64,000 bases of DNA, from positions 8,307,360 to 8,371,359 of the forward strand of contig NC_043019.1 in the NCBI RefSeq assembly GCF_006345805.1. Reading direction: 5' to 3'. Positions 12,870 to 26,189 of the stretch are shown here, in pieces. Each line of letters opens with the position of its first letter. The stretch's first letter is position 1. The notes beneath the pieces were generated by a model. That model did not search any database, was not told where the DNA came from, and saw only the letters and a list, made by a program, of their open reading frames with translations. This DNA comes from Octopus sinensis (lineage: Eukaryota). Both the position numbers and the translations under genes were made by a program.

Positions 12870-13030
12870 AAATGATGTAGGGTGTACGTTAAATTTTAAA
12901 TACAAAAAAGAATCTTGGTCACAGCTGGAACGTCCTTTGTCATAGATCTTATTGATTGAGTTGGTTATTGAACTGCTGGAAATTACAGCCAATTCTCCCT
13001 CCAAATATATCCTATGGTCTGGAAGGAAGG
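12870..13030 (+). repeat. Interspersed repeat family F fragments (retroposon-tail-like)
   Basis: GGTCACAGCTGGAACGTCCTTTGTCATAG and CTGCTGGAAATTACAGCCAATTCTCCCTC match 48088-48520 and, inverted, 61782-62011. Confidence 0.6.
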
Positions 13031-13619
13031 TAGGTCATATGTTAAGATTTCTAATATTAAATAAACATGGGCGTGTCACAGGGAAGAGGTAACATCCATG
13101 AGGATATTTGTTTCGGCGGCTTGCGCTGTGATGATGAATTTGCCTCTCATTCTTTTGGATTCAATGATTCTCCTATCAAATTCTAGGGTCCGTGTGATCA
13201 ACTAACACTGTTTCTGTAGTAGCAGCAGTAGTAGTTGTAGGTAGTGGTGGTGAGGGTCTCAGTGGTTTTGTAGCTATGCTGACATGTATGACCATATATC
13301 TATCTGTACATATATAAATATTTGTACAATTTGGCACGCATATATATTTATATATGTATATACATATATATATATATTATATATATATGCACACACACAC
13401 ACACACACACACATACATGCATATATGAATGCATGCAAATACACACTCGCTCTCTCTCACATGCACGCATACAGGCATATGTATATGATGGCATTATTTG
13501 ATGCGTCCTTCCTATTATTATGACAATACAGCTTTCATTTTCATCATTCAGTTGCTATTTCTAGTAAGCCTAAATAATTGCTTATTTGTTCTTTGCCTTC
13601 CTTCTGGCTGCTTTTCGTA

Positions 13620-13830
13620 TTTACTTTGAAGCTAAGCAATGTTATTGTTCTGTTAAAATCCAGTCTTCCGTTTTTGTCTATAGTTCAGCGTTTTTAAGTT
13701 ATTGATGGCTTTCATGTTGACGTATTTCCTTTCTGTCGAGTCTTGCAGGATATTCACCATGGAAAGGTTTTTCTCGCCATTTTATTTTTGTGTATGTTTT
13801 AGACTTTCTGCTTTCATTTGACAATTTTTC
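13620..13830 (-). mobile_element. Decayed RLE-type (R4/Dong-like) LINE remnant
   Basis: KWREKPFHGEYPARLD...ESHQ*LKNAEL*TKTEDWILTEQ resembles the conserved W..K.LHG.Y......S..WL...L...TEG.I.AAQDQ segment; contains several stops. Confidence 0.6.
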
Positions 13831-14237
13831 TTATTTTGAGTGTTTGCTAACCATTTTATTCTGTATAATTAGCTCCTATTTTCTAGAGAAATGTTTCTTT
13901 TGAAATTTCCTTCATACATCTCTATTATACTATTCAGGCTGTCTTTGCTTGGTTCTAAATATTTCTAGACCGCTTGCCGTTGCTTTGTGATGTTTCGAAC
14001 TATTTTTATCAAAACACTTCCTTCATTTTCATGTGGTGGGCATATCTATCGTTGCTTCGGGGATGTTATATGTAGATACAAGAATAGGTTTTCCTGTGTC
14101 GGATGTTCAGTTCAAGGAACTTCCAAGTAATTATATTTAAATTGTAGCTTATCACTAGAACTGATAAAATATTTATAAATGTAATCCAATTTCTAACGAA
14201 GAGTTTCAGGTTCCATTATCACGATGCAGCTTTATCT

Positions 14238-14460
14238 GATGGCGAGATGGCAGAACCATTAGCACACCGGATAAATTGCTCAGTGGAATTTCGTCCGTCC
14301 TTATCTTCAGAGTTCAAATTCCGCGGAGGCGAACTTTACTTTTCATCCTTTCGGAGTCAATGAAATGTGTAAAGCTTGAGTGCTGGGGTCGATGTAATCG
14401 ACCTACTCCGCCATCCACCCCCACAGAATGACATAGGCTTTGTGCCATAATATCAAAGCA
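14238..14460 (+). mobile_element. SINE family A
   Basis: GGCGAGATGGCAGAACC...GAGTTCAAATTCCGC...CTGGGGTCGATGTAATCGAC. Confidence 0.85.
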
Positions 14461-14669
14461 AGATGCAATCTAAGTTTGGATGCTTCGTTTTAAACATTCT
14501 ATTTTGCTTCTGGATTTTGGAAATTAGGATTTGTTTGCACCGTTTTCTAAAACACGATTTTTATGAGTGTTTTTTCTCTAACTCCCTTATTTTGTCACAC
14601 TGCATGATTCCTAATCTCATTAATCGTAATTATATTCCGTATATAACAACATAATATAATGTAAACATA

Positions 14670-15067
14670 GGCGCAGGAGTGACTGTGTAGTAAGTGGCTT
14701 GCTTACCAACCACATGGTTCCGGGTTCAGTCCCACTGCGTAGCACCATGGGTAAGTGTCTTCTTCTATAGCCTCGGGCCGACCAAAGCCTTGTGAGTGGA
14801 TTTGGTAGACGGAAACTGAAAGAAGATCGTCATATATATATGTATGTGTGTGTATATTTGTGTGTCTGTGTTTGTCCCTCCAACATCGCTTGATAACCGA
14901 TGGTGGTGTGTTTACGTCCCCGTAACTTAGCGGTTCGGCAAAAGAGAACGATAGAATAAGTACTAGGCCTACAAAGAAAAAGTCCTGGGGTCGATTTGCT
15001 CGCCTAAAGGCGGTGCTCCAGCATGGCCGCACTCAAAATGACTGAAAGAAGTAAAAGAGTAAAGAGT
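14670..15067 (+). mobile_element. tRNA-derived SINE family B, full length
   Basis: Head GGCGCAGGAGTGACTGTGTAGTAAG, B-box GGTTCAGTCCC, internal (TA)/(TG) tract, and an (AAAGAGT)2 tail. Confidence 0.92.
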
Positions 15068-16116
15068 ACTTATTAATTGGGGACCAATATTGTAAATGAG
15101 ACGAATTTCCTAAAATGTTTAATAACTGGCAGCAATACTCGAAATGCAGCAATAAAAATCATTAACGATGGTATCTAAATATTGCCCATGACACTTTCAT
15201 TAATAATCACAAGTGGAATATGAACCGAGTTTCCTTTTCGGCAAAATTCCGGTTGTAATTTGGTCGTACCAGACTACCAAATAGAAGTATACATTAATCT
15301 ACTCTTTGTCAGACCTAAGAATGACGGAGATAATTCATAGATTTTATCGGAAGAAAGAAAAAAAAGTCAATTTTCATTTTATCATTTTATTTTATTTTTC
15401 TTAGATTAACTCCGGCAGTTTGTTGAATCTTATATTAAATTTGACAAAGAAGACTAAAGAATCTGTGTAGAGTATTGTTTCCTTTATAAATATTGTCAAT
15501 TTGATCGATTAAATCGATACGATACATGCTTCTAATATATTAGAAAATTGTTATTGTTAAACCATTTGTTTCCATGAAAATGGCTGCGATAAACACTGGA
15601 CGCAAATAGTCAATAAAGTGATATAATATGTGCTTACTAAAAGTTTAATCAAATTTCTCTGCGATCTATCTTTCCGTTGTTAGTAAAATATACAGCAAAA
15701 ACGTATTTTGCTGTTTTCAGATAAATCTACTGTTTTTTGACTAAAAAAATTGATGGTTGTTATTCTTTATAACAAATTTTAGTACTATTTGTATTATGAA
15801 TATCCCATATATAGAAGCATTGAAAGTACTAAATAAAGAAGCTGGACTTGCTTTACGTCGAGATACAAACATGATTCTAACTACCGTGATGTCGTCTGAC
15901 TCTGAATGTTATTTATTTATATATATATATATATAAATTTCCTGGTTTTGTATAGACTAGCAACCGATATAATCATCTTAATGATTATAGCCTCAATTTA
16001 TAAGTATATATATATATATAAATATATGTATATATATACACATACAAAGTATTTATGTGTGTGTGCGTATCTGTGATTTAAATTTTTTTTCTGATATAGT
16101 TATTCATGATTGATTC

Positions 16117-16157
16117 TAGTTTCAGCTCATGAGCTGTGGCCATGCTAGGGCACCGCT
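16117..16157 (-). mobile_element. SINE family B tail fragment
   Basis: Reverse complement GCGGTGCCCTAGCATGGCCACAGCTCATGAGCTGAAAC matches the B tail at 15010-15047 and 57796-57841. Confidence 0.75.
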
Positions 16158-16221
16158 ATTCATAGGGTAAATGTGTTTGAAATTTGTGGTTTCTTTGATT
16201 TGTTTGATCCCAAAGCACACA

Positions 16222-16504
16222 TATACGGGGCAGTAATGCTGACGTTTATACACCCAGGAAGACATGTCTTCAGGCTGGCTAACGACACACCTTCCCATTA
16301 GTATTTGTGAAGGGAGGTCATCGTCTGTCATCTCTAGCGTTACGAGAGTTCGAGTTACCACCCAGAAACTTGACTCCGTAAAGCTAGAGATGGGAGTGAT
16401 GATCTCCACTCACAAACACTAATCGGACACAGAATGTGTGTCGTCAACCAGCTGGAGCTGATGTCTTCCTGGGGCTATAAACGCCAGTAACACTCTCCTG
16501 TATA
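16222..16504. mobile_element. Fully palindromic ~280-bp MITE-like element with TA flanks (Tc1/mariner-like)
   Basis: The left half aligns to the reverse complement of the right half along its whole length (CCCAGGAAGACAT, ACGACACAC, CATCTCTAGC blocks), with a ~10-nt loop at 16357-16366; ends TATAC...GTATA. Confidence 0.75.
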
Positions 16505-16785
16505 GGACGCCAAATTTGGTTGGCAATCACATTTACGATATATATATATATTACGTATCTTTAGGAAAAATTGAAAAAGAGAAACGGCAAGGATGTTTTT
16601 CAAGCATTTAGTAACATCCCGAGCGCTTGCTTCCACTTTCAGTTTCTCCTCTTATACATCCCGCAATCAAATTACACACATTTATGATCATTGTTTCCTA
16701 GGACACTTAAGGAAAATTTAGCTATCTTGTAATTATTTCTGTGCATCTCTCGTATAGATTGTGAGTGTATATATATATATATATA

Positions 16786-17017
16786 TATTTCTTTACTACC
16801 CACAAGTGGCTAAACATAGAAGGGACAAACAAGGACAGACAAAGGGATTAAGTCGATTACATCGACACCAGTGCGCAACTGGTACTTAATGTATCGACCC
16901 CGAAAGGATGAAAGGCAAAGTCGACCTCGGCGGAATTTGAACTCGGAACGTAACGACAGACGAAATACTGCTACGAATTTCGCCCGGCGTGCTAACGTTT
17001 CTACCAGCTCGCCGCCT
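16786..17017 (-). mobile_element. SINE family A, full length, well preserved
   Basis: Reverse complement is nearly collinear with 57219-57449, including the TTTGTCTGTCCTTGTTTGTCC...GTAAAGAAATA tail. Confidence 0.93.
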
Positions 17018-17173
17018 CATATATATTATATACACATGCGCATAATTTTTGCGTTTATGCTGCGGTACGAGCTATCTTGCCAAATATTTTTTTCCGGTCA
17101 GGTTGACTCAGGGATCCGAAATATTTGAAGTGAAGTAAGCCACTCGCTATACATGCATACATAATACTGACAG

Positions 17174-17228
<55 letters not shown>

Positions 17229-17947
17229 CACATTTTGTGTGTGTATATACATATAAATATACGTATATGCACACACGCACATACATATATGCAAGTGTTT
17301 GTATGTTTGTATATTGTCTATGTATGCTGTGCATGTGTGTTAAGAGAGAGAAAAAGAATGATGTATACAGGGAGAAATAAATTGAAGTTAGTTATCTTTG
17401 TATATATACGTGCTCACACATCTGTGTATACGTACACACACACATATATACACGCAAATACATTGGTATGCGTGTGCACGTGTATATATTTTTTGCGTAT
17501 AGGTGTGTTCATTGTTGGTGTTTACCTTGTAACATGTGTTGTATATGAATATGTGATTAAATCGCTAATTACAGATGTCGGCAGCATTCTTTGAAAACGG
17601 AAATTAATCTTATGTAAACAAAAACGATAGAAAGGCAAACTTTTACATTTGTAAACATAATTGCTGCCATTTTGTTGTGCGCTTCTTCTTGTTTTTGTTG
17701 ATGGTTTTACAGCTTTTGTTGTCATTGCAATTGTTATTTCTGGTGCCGTCGTTGGTGTTGTTGGTAGTAGTTCTGTTCTTGATGTTGTTGTTCTTCTTTT
17801 TGTTATTGCTGCCAGTAGCTTTCTTCTTGTTGTTGATGATGATGTTGTTCATGATATCGATGGTGTTGCTGCTGGTAACGCTGTTAGTGTTGCCATTGTT
17901 GTTGGTACTACTGTTGTCCGTAGCTGATGTTGTAGCTGCTGCTTTAG

Positions 17948-18349
17948 TTGTTTGTTTGTTGAGCGAAGCGGTCTTCGACCCAGAGCTCGCAAGATCGCGC
18001 CTCAGAATTGTCTGTCGTGGGAGAAGTCCGAAACGTGGTCCTTTGCTATTCGTAAGACCCGCAGAAGAGAAAGCAGGTCAACCCCAGACACCGAGAGCAT
18101 CGACGGATGGATGAATGTGCATCCAGGCTCATCGTTGGCATAGGAAGTCGGGGACAAGAAACAGGAAGAAAGAGTGAGTGAAAGTTGGAGCGAAAGAGTA
18201 CAACAAGGGTCACCACCACCCCCTGTCGGAGCCTCGTAGTGATTGACGAGTTTTCACTCAATAAACACACACAACGCCCTGTCTGGGGATCGAAACCGCG
18301 ATCCTTCGTCCGCGAGTCCGCTGCCCAAACCACTGGGCCATTGCGCCTC
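17948..18349 (-). mobile_element. tRNA-derived SINE family C with long tail ending (CAAA)n
   Basis: Head GAGGCGCAATGGCCCAGTGGTTTGGGCAGCGGACTCGCG...GGTTTCGATCCCC; body shared with 22394 and 26855. Confidence 0.9.
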
Positions 18350-18619
18350 TACTGTACTTGTTTTCATTGCTGTTGCCGTTAGTGTTGCTGTTTGGTGATG
18401 GTGTCAACGGTGCTGGCTTTCCTTTGAGGCTGTCTTTTATTTCTTCTTCTTTCATCCCTCACCCTCCCCTCATACTTATAATATCTACTCTCAGGTAAAT
18501 CACCTTCGTTACATTTTCTTTTTCCCCTTTAAATCTCACTCCCTCTCATCCTCCTCTTTTTCCCTGTGTATAAACACCGATACGGATCCATTGTTTGCTA
18601 CATCCGGACGCATTTCCTT

Positions 18620-18800
18620 GATCAAGTGAACTCCTTGCTCATTTATACATGCATACAAACATACTAGTCTTACCCGTAATTACTGGGGCACTGGAATATG
18701 TAACCCACAGCCTAAATACGAATCTTAAGCAATTAAGCTTCTCAAAACCAGAAAAGAGAAATCTGATTCGACGACTTTCTCTATTGGCAAGAAATCTTGA
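18620..18800 (+). mobile_element. RLE-type non-LTR retrotransposon C-terminal remnant
   Basis: LPVITGALEYVTHSLNTNLKQLSFSKPEKRNLIRRL resembles the terminal IP.I.GALG motif of RLE domains. Confidence 0.65.
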
Positions 18801-19359
18801 AATAAAACTGAACTATCACTTACATACAGACATGGTTGTTGCACCATATTCGCCTTTGGTTGCCGTCACCTTGTGTTACCACATTGCCCATGGAATTTCT
18901 GACTTTCCGTCCATTGCCGCTCAGTAGAGCTTTCAGTCCACTTGCGGGCTACATGGTTTCAAGCATAAAAAACATAAAACATTGTTGCACCTTCCACTGG
19001 ATTGTTGCGGTCAGTTTTTGTTTGACTTGAAGTTCAACTTTCTCATTGTGATTCGGACTGCACACTTCAATTTTCCCTCAACACTTTCTCAAAATGAAAC
19101 GGCAAATTGCGTCACCATAAATAGAGCCATTTGCGTTGCTGGAATATAACGACCAACATTTGCACAACACGAGTAGGTTTTTCAACAAAATATCTCTCCC
19201 CTAGAAGTATTCCGTGACAACTTATTACAGTTCATCCTTCCCAGTTATGTATACACATATATATTTGTATGTATGCCAGTATATATATGTACATAAATGT
19301 GTATACATATACACACATATATATATATACAAACATACACCTTTCACCAACACGACAGC

Positions 19360-19435
19360 CACCTCCGTCATCGCCATCATCACCATCACCATCATCATCA
19401 TTACCATTATCATCACCATCATCATTACCATCATC

Positions 19436-19467
<32 letters not shown>

Positions 19468-19650
19468 CACCACCATCGTCATCATCACCACCATCGTCAT
19501 CATCACCACCATCATCATCATCACCACCATCGTCACCATCATCACCATCATCATCACCATCATCATCATCACCATCATCACCATCATCATCATCATCATC
19601 ACCATCATCACCATCATCATCATCATCAGTATCAGCTGCAGCATCACCAT
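19360..19650. repeat. (CAT)n/(CAC)n microsatellite
   Basis: Direct reading; source of the poly-His/Ser/Ile-Thr ORFs. Confidence 0.95.
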
Positions 19651-20080
19651 CTCTCCCCTGGACACAGACACGGTTTCTGCATACAGTCCGTTATAAATAT
19701 TTAAGCTGCAAAGCTGCTATCGTTATCCATCAAAGTCTGTTGTGTCTTCACGCCATTTCCAAAGACACGACAATTGCTGGGCCGAGACAAGAAATAATTG
19801 TTTTGCATAAATTTATTGATGTGTTCAATGCGATAATGTTCAACGTGGTGCTATTCGCTCTATTTTGTTATGAGCATTATTGTTGCTGTTGCTGTTGTTG
19901 TTCTTTGTTTAGTGGTAGGGGTGGTAGCGGTGCTGGTTTGTCATCTCGCTCCTGTTATTGTTGCTAAGGTTTGTGGTGTTCTTGTTAGCAGAGATGGAAT
20001 TGTTGATGCTGTTGTCATGGATGCTTTTGCGTTTTACTGTTTTGCGTCGTTGGTGACGTTGATTTGGAAGAGCCCTGCGT

Positions 20081-20474
20081 TGACGACGACGGTTATGATG
20101 ACGATGATGAAAATGATGATGATGATAATAAAGATGGTGGTGGTGGTGGTGATGGTAAAGGTGATAGTGGTCATCGTAGTCGTTGTTCTCATGAAGATGA
20201 GGGTGGTGGTGATGGTAGCGGCGTTGGATGGTGATTATGATGGTGACGGTATTGCTGATCGCTATCATGATGATTACGGTGGTGGGCGCTTGTGGTGAAG
20301 CTGAAGATGATGATGGGGGTGATGCTGGTAGTGGTTATGGTAAAGGTAATGGTGTCGCTGTTTGCTGTTGTGGTAGTGGTTGTAGCGGTGGTGCTAGTGA
20401 TATTCATGATAACGATGGTGTTGAAAATAGTGATGTTGATGCTGCTGCTGTTGTTGCTGATAGTGATGATGATA
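20081..20474. repeat. Degenerate (GAT)n/(GGT)n/(GCT)n microsatellite
   Basis: Direct reading. Confidence 0.9.
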
Positions 20475-20744
20475 ATTTTGCTGGTGCCGTTGGACTTTCC
20501 ATTGTTTAATTTTTTGCTCTCCACGATATGATCTCTGCTAAAAAACAAAAATCGATATCCGTTTGTGAGAGACCGAGATTACATTCTCTCCCCCACCCCC
20601 ACCCCCTCCCCACCCTCCCCCCTCCTGTTGCTCGCTTTGGTGTCAATCGTGTCGCTGTTGTTGTTTTTGTTGTCTGTTTCTGGTCTGCGAATATCAATGT
20701 TTTGACGGTTGCGAAGGCAGACTTTTATTCAGCATATTCATCCT

Positions 20745-20970
20745 TTATTTTCTACCTTGTTTCAATTACTAGACTGCGGCCATGCTGTAGCACCGCTTTC
20801 AAAGATTTCCGCCCGAATTAATAGACCTCACATCTTAGTATTCTTAAATCCTGGTTCTTATTCTATCAGCGTCTTTTCTCGAACCTCTAAGTTATGGGAA
20901 CGTAATCCATCTAACACCAGTTATCAAGTGTTGGTGGGTAACAAATGCACACACGTACGCACACAAACAC
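20745..20970 (-). mobile_element. SINE family B, 3' half
   Basis: Reverse complement CTTGATAACTGG...CATAACTTAGAGGTTCG...GATAGAATAAG...GCGGTGCTACAGCATGGCCGCAGTC matches 14885-15050. Confidence 0.8.
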
Positions 20971-21692
20971 ACGTCGACGCTAATGCAAAACAGGACAATA
21001 GTCTTTCTTATTGACGTGGTCAACGGTTGAATTCAAAAGACATTGGTAAGAGTTTACGATCCTTAACAATGCGATGCTTTCATGGCATTTTTAATGTTAT
21101 ATAAGTGGATTATCGACGCAAAACTCATTTACCGAAGACATCAATGTGTTGGGTTTTAATTGGAAACTTGTGATGTGAAGTCAGAAACGGTGAAGTGCAG
21201 TGATTCGGTCGCATGACGAAGACGAGATGTTTACTTGAGAAAAAGAAATGTTTTTGTTTATAACAGAATGATAAAATGAACGGGAAAAGGGATATCGACT
21301 GAATAACTTTGAATTGTGGAAACATTGAAGAATATCAGAAGACAGGAAATTGACCGGTTTGCGAGTGATGGGATGAATTCCTAAAAGCATTTCACGTGTT
21401 CCAACGTTAGGTTTGCCAAGGAGACGAATTATTATATCTATCTACGTATCGTTATATCTCTCTCTATCTATATATATATCTCTATCTATCTTTCTCTATT
21501 TATCTCTATATATATATCTTTCTCTCTCTCTCTCTCGATCGGGAAAAGTGAATAAGTTTTTTACGTCTCAAGCCTACGCTCGTAAACAGAAAGAAATAAG
21601 AGTAAACAAAGAGATAGAGAGAATGAAAACACGGGTAGTGATCAGCGGTCCAATATATACGTGTACATATATATATATGCATACATATAGTG

Positions 21693-21726
<34 letters not shown>

Positions 21727-22393
21727 TGGGAGCAGAAATGAAATTTCCGTCTCCTTTCACTTCAAGTGTTTCCTTCTTCGTTCTCTAGAAACCTTTTATG
21801 TTGACTCGCTTCCAGTATTTCATATCTGTTTAGGAATTTCATTTCGAATCTTCTGCCTCCGCAATCAAATTCATGCTTCACTGACAACTTTACATTCTGC
21901 TTCAATATATCAAAATTTATCTTGCGTTCTTACCGCAATAATTAAAATATTAATTATTTTAACTAATGTGTCTCCTTCATCATCAGATATTTATTTCAAT
22001 CTAACATGTCGATACTCACTGCTTTCGATATGATAACAGTAACGCCACCTGGAATTTGATACGTAAATCTCATAATGGTAACAGCATTTCACAAATGCTC
22101 TTATTAACTTATCGAAAACTTTTCTTATACACTACCAATATCCCAAAATGCAATCTTCCAGATTTTCATAAAATTAATATATCCAGTTGAAATGCATGGC
22201 AATTCATTTAAATAAACTTTAATAAAGACATAAAGAATTTGATCAATGCCACTTTGCCATGTTAAATCTGTAATGCTTCTCCAGGACTCACAATGGCTAA
22301 GGTTATGCTTTATATACCACCCCCATATATAAAATACATATGTGTGTGTGTGTGAGTGTTTGTGAAAGCACGTGTGTGTATATATATATATAT

Positions 22394-22651
22394 ATCACGA
22401 TGCTACACATCGCTGGTCACAAGGCGCTTCGCGTTGTTTTAGCCTTGAAATGATGCCACCCTGCTGGCTAAGCGAGCAGGCCAACAGAAGAAAGAGTGAG
22501 AGAAAGGTGTGGCGAAAGAGTATAACAGGGATCGCAACCACCCCCTGCCGGAGCTTTAGGTGTTTTTGCTCAATAAACACTCACTGGGAATCGAAACCGC
22601 GATCCAACGACCGCAAACCCGCTGCCCTAACCACTGGCCCATTGCGCCTCC
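22394..22651 (-). mobile_element. SINE family C with RTE-like tail
   Basis: C head (GGAGGCGCAATGGGCCAGTGGTTAGGGCAGC) and tail TGTGACCAGCGATGTGTAGC; flanked by (TA)n on both sides. Confidence 0.92.
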
Positions 22652-22653
22652 AC

Positions 22654-22699
<46 letters not shown>

Positions 22700-23400
22700 A
22701 TATATATATATATAAAATCGTGGACACTTACACGCACACACACACTTCTATATGCTCACGCTATGTCCACTGGTGCTGTGTGCATGCGTAGAAATAGAAG
22801 TTTGTTCAAGTGACATCTTCAAAAATAAATGTTAAATCCTAAACGCATACAGTAAAAACAAAATACTGATAACAATGAATTTGATAACAAATATACAAAC
22901 AAAATAAATAAACTGCTAGCCAAGAGTAAAACAAATTGAAAAAAATGAAATCAGATTAGACCAATCCGTGCGTGTGTGTGTGTGTTCGCGCCTCTATGCG
23001 TGTATGCTTGTTTTGTCAGTTTCTATTTCTTTCAAATCGTTTGTTATTCCTCTGATGTGTGTGTCCACTATAAAAGAGAGAGAGAAAGAGAAATACTGTG
23101 AGAGGTAGAGAGACGGTGAGATAGGTGAAAGGAATGATATTAAGAGAAACGTAGACAGCTAGACGAAATCCACTAAAACTAATGAGTTTATAAAATTATT
23201 TTTTGTCTGAACTGGTAATTTACGTTTTGACAGAGATGCTGTGGAATGTGATGTTTGTTTTAATTAGCGGCCTAAAACATTAACAAATGCGGCTGTAGAC
23301 ACGTATTTAGAAGATATGGCAAAAGAATGTTTTTAAAAAAATATATCAGACGCGTGAACAACAATAACAACAACACGAGCAATGATAATAACGCCAACTC

Positions 23401-23437
<37 letters not shown>

Positions 23438-23813
23438 TCATGAACAATACAAGGAACATTTGAAGTGACAAAAAATGACAGATTTAGCAACGAAATGAGT
23501 AAGAATAAAGATGAAATAAATATCAATGCTTATTTCTTTTAGCATTACAGAATATTTAAAATACAAATTTAATAATAAAACCTATAGCCACGTAAAGAAA
23601 AAAAGAGAAAGCAACAACTTTTAAAAGCTATTGCCAACAAGTGAATTCTGTCGTTATTCAACACGCAGTTTCATTTTCTGATGAAAATACTTGACTAAAG
23701 GAGGCAATGAGAGAACACCAACGCTGTCGATTCATCCTCTTTAAAACAACATCGTAATCTCTCAGATTGCATAATCCTATGTCTCAGTCCATATCTATCT
23801 ACCTGTCCGTTTG

Positions 23814-23848
<35 letters not shown>

Positions 23849-23849
23849 C

Positions 23850-24203
23850 AGAGGGATTTGAAATCAAAATAAAAAGACAGACGAAATGCGGCAGAGTATT
23901 TGGCGCGGCTTGCTAATGATTTTGCTAGCTCGTTGCCGCCAAAGAAAATATAAAATTGGATTGAAATTTGGACTCGTGGTCAGAAATTTTGGAGAAAGAG
24001 ACTGAGTCGACTACATTGACTCAAGTGCTCAGCTGTTAATTATATCATCGACTCCAAGGCTCAGCAGTTAATTATATCATCGACACAAAAAGTATAGACA
24101 AAGTCGACTTCGGTGGTGTGTGAACTCGAAACGTACACACGGATGAGACCATGGTTAGCATTTTGCCAGGGCGCTCTGACATTTTAACCAATAAGCCGCC
24201 TTT
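23850..24203 (-). mobile_element. Two adjacent decayed SINE-A copies (23850-23940 and 23960-24203)
   Basis: Reverse-complement A motifs (GACAGACGAAATGCGGC, AAAGTCGACTTCGGTGG, GAACTCGAAACGTA); the second copy has an internal ~27-bp duplication. Confidence 0.7.
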
Positions 24204-26189
24204 GAAAAAAAAACAATATTCATTCCACATTCTCACATTTTCTTCAACTTATTGTTTTGCAATGTGTGCAAATATTCAGTAAAAGTATGTGGTGGGGGTG
24301 CTTAGTTGTTAGAGGCAGCGTTAAGAGTGCAATATTAAATGGAATCTACATTTGTAAGCATCGCAAGTAAAATAATTCTTGATCGGTTTAGGAATTTTAA
24401 CATGGGTTACAAAACTATGCTGCCGTGGTTTGGGGAATATATGCGTCCAAAGATAAATATATATTATATACAAAAGCGTACCATAAATGGCAATCCAAAA
24501 TACTTTGGATAAGAAGGATGTGTGAGATACAATGGTCGTTAAAATACAGGCTTTGGATAAAGGCACAACATGGTGGCAGCTCTGCTTACTTCAAAACACT
24601 GTTTCTGTAGCGGCTGCCGTGAGATTAATTTCATCAATATTATTATTATTAGTAGTAGTCGTAGTCTTAATGGGCTCAGAGTATGTTGTTTAGTTTATGG
24701 ATTCATTTATGAATTCATAACTCTAAATGTATATGTGCGTGCGTATGAATATGTATATGCACCTATGTATGTATGTATGTATGTATGTATATATATATAT
24801 ATATACGTTGATGTAAGTATCTGTGTATGTGCACATATGTATATGTACATATATTGAAGTATGTATGTATGTAAGTATGTGTGTGTGTGTGTGTGTGTTC
24901 AAGTAGTTATGCATATGTATGCAGGAACACTGGGAAGCAGACAGAGGAATGCCAAATTAGATTGAAGAAAAAGCACAAAAAAAAGGAACGATAACAGAAA
25001 AAGTCGAGAAAACAAAGGAAGATAGAACATGAAGTTATTTGAAGAGGAATGAAAGAGAAAAATCACGAAAGAAACTCTGCAGAAATCAAAGCAAAGATCT
25101 AAAAAAGCGGAACAACAATAGTAAATAATAATACAGCAAATAAAATAAAATAACATAAAAGTCATAGATATCCTAGAATGAAAATGATGGCAGAATGTAA
25201 GTCTGTTTCTGCTGTTTTTGTTGTTGTCTTTTAGCATGTGTCTACCTAAAAGGTAAGACAGATATTTCCTACGTGATATTTTCTCGTATAACCATTCTTT
25301 ATACGTATTTATTCATGGCGGAGGAAAAGAATCAGTTGGAAAAATAATATATTGCAGCACGATGGTGGAATCATGCATAAAACAACGCAGGCGATGCGAC
25401 GTTTTCAAAGATTTGCGGCTGTCAAACAATCACAGCTTTTAGAATAAATGTGCGTGGCATATATTTTATGGTTATTGCCGGCCACTATATTTTATTGTAT
25501 CATCTTCTATGCTATTGTACGCAATGTTAGAGGATGGCATTGTGTTGCGTTCGGTGATTCCATTTTATATAACATTTATATGAAAGCAGCGAGTTGGCAG
25601 AATCTTTAGTTGGAAAATTGCTGTGTGTGCAAGTTCTTTAGGATCGGCGTTCAAAACCGGATGGGGTTCGTATTTCGTACTTAGGGAGTCGGTTAACGAA
25701 GCGCTATTCATAGAGCACGGCCGAATCTTTTCTAAATGTGTGCTTTTCATTTCATTGTGCCTCCAGATCCAATGTCCTGGTTTGTCAAATGTCACAGCGA
25801 TGAAACTAGACAATAGCGTTAACGTTACATGTAACTTCGGTTCCTTTCGTCACTTTTATGTTAATTTCACATATAGAGATTCAGCTGATTGCAAACTGAA
25901 TATTCCTGAAAATAGATTTTAAAAATCCCTCCACTCATACGGTGCCATGCTGTAGCAAATGACATGATAGGCTATGTATGATACTACGTTTTATGTCATA
26001 GAATAATGTTAAATTTATTTAAAGTCTTCGTTAATATTTCGATTAGTTTCTGTGTAAAGTAGTCAATCGACTTCTGACGGAAACTGTTTTATATTACGAT
26101 GCTGTACGTTAGAATTCAGTTCAAGACAGTATATTATTAGCTTGATTAATGCGTACAGCAACGCATTTGTACAAGTTCTTTAAAATTTC

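Noticed and set aside
12810-13030. 64-aa minus-strand ORF with apparent acceptor
   Set aside because: The sequence is repeat family F, also found at 48088-48520.
18014-18045. Hammerhead-like CTGTCGT-GGGA-GAAG-TCC-GAAAC-GTG-GTC in the antisense of a SINE tail
   Set aside because: Two core substitutions and no stem I pairing.
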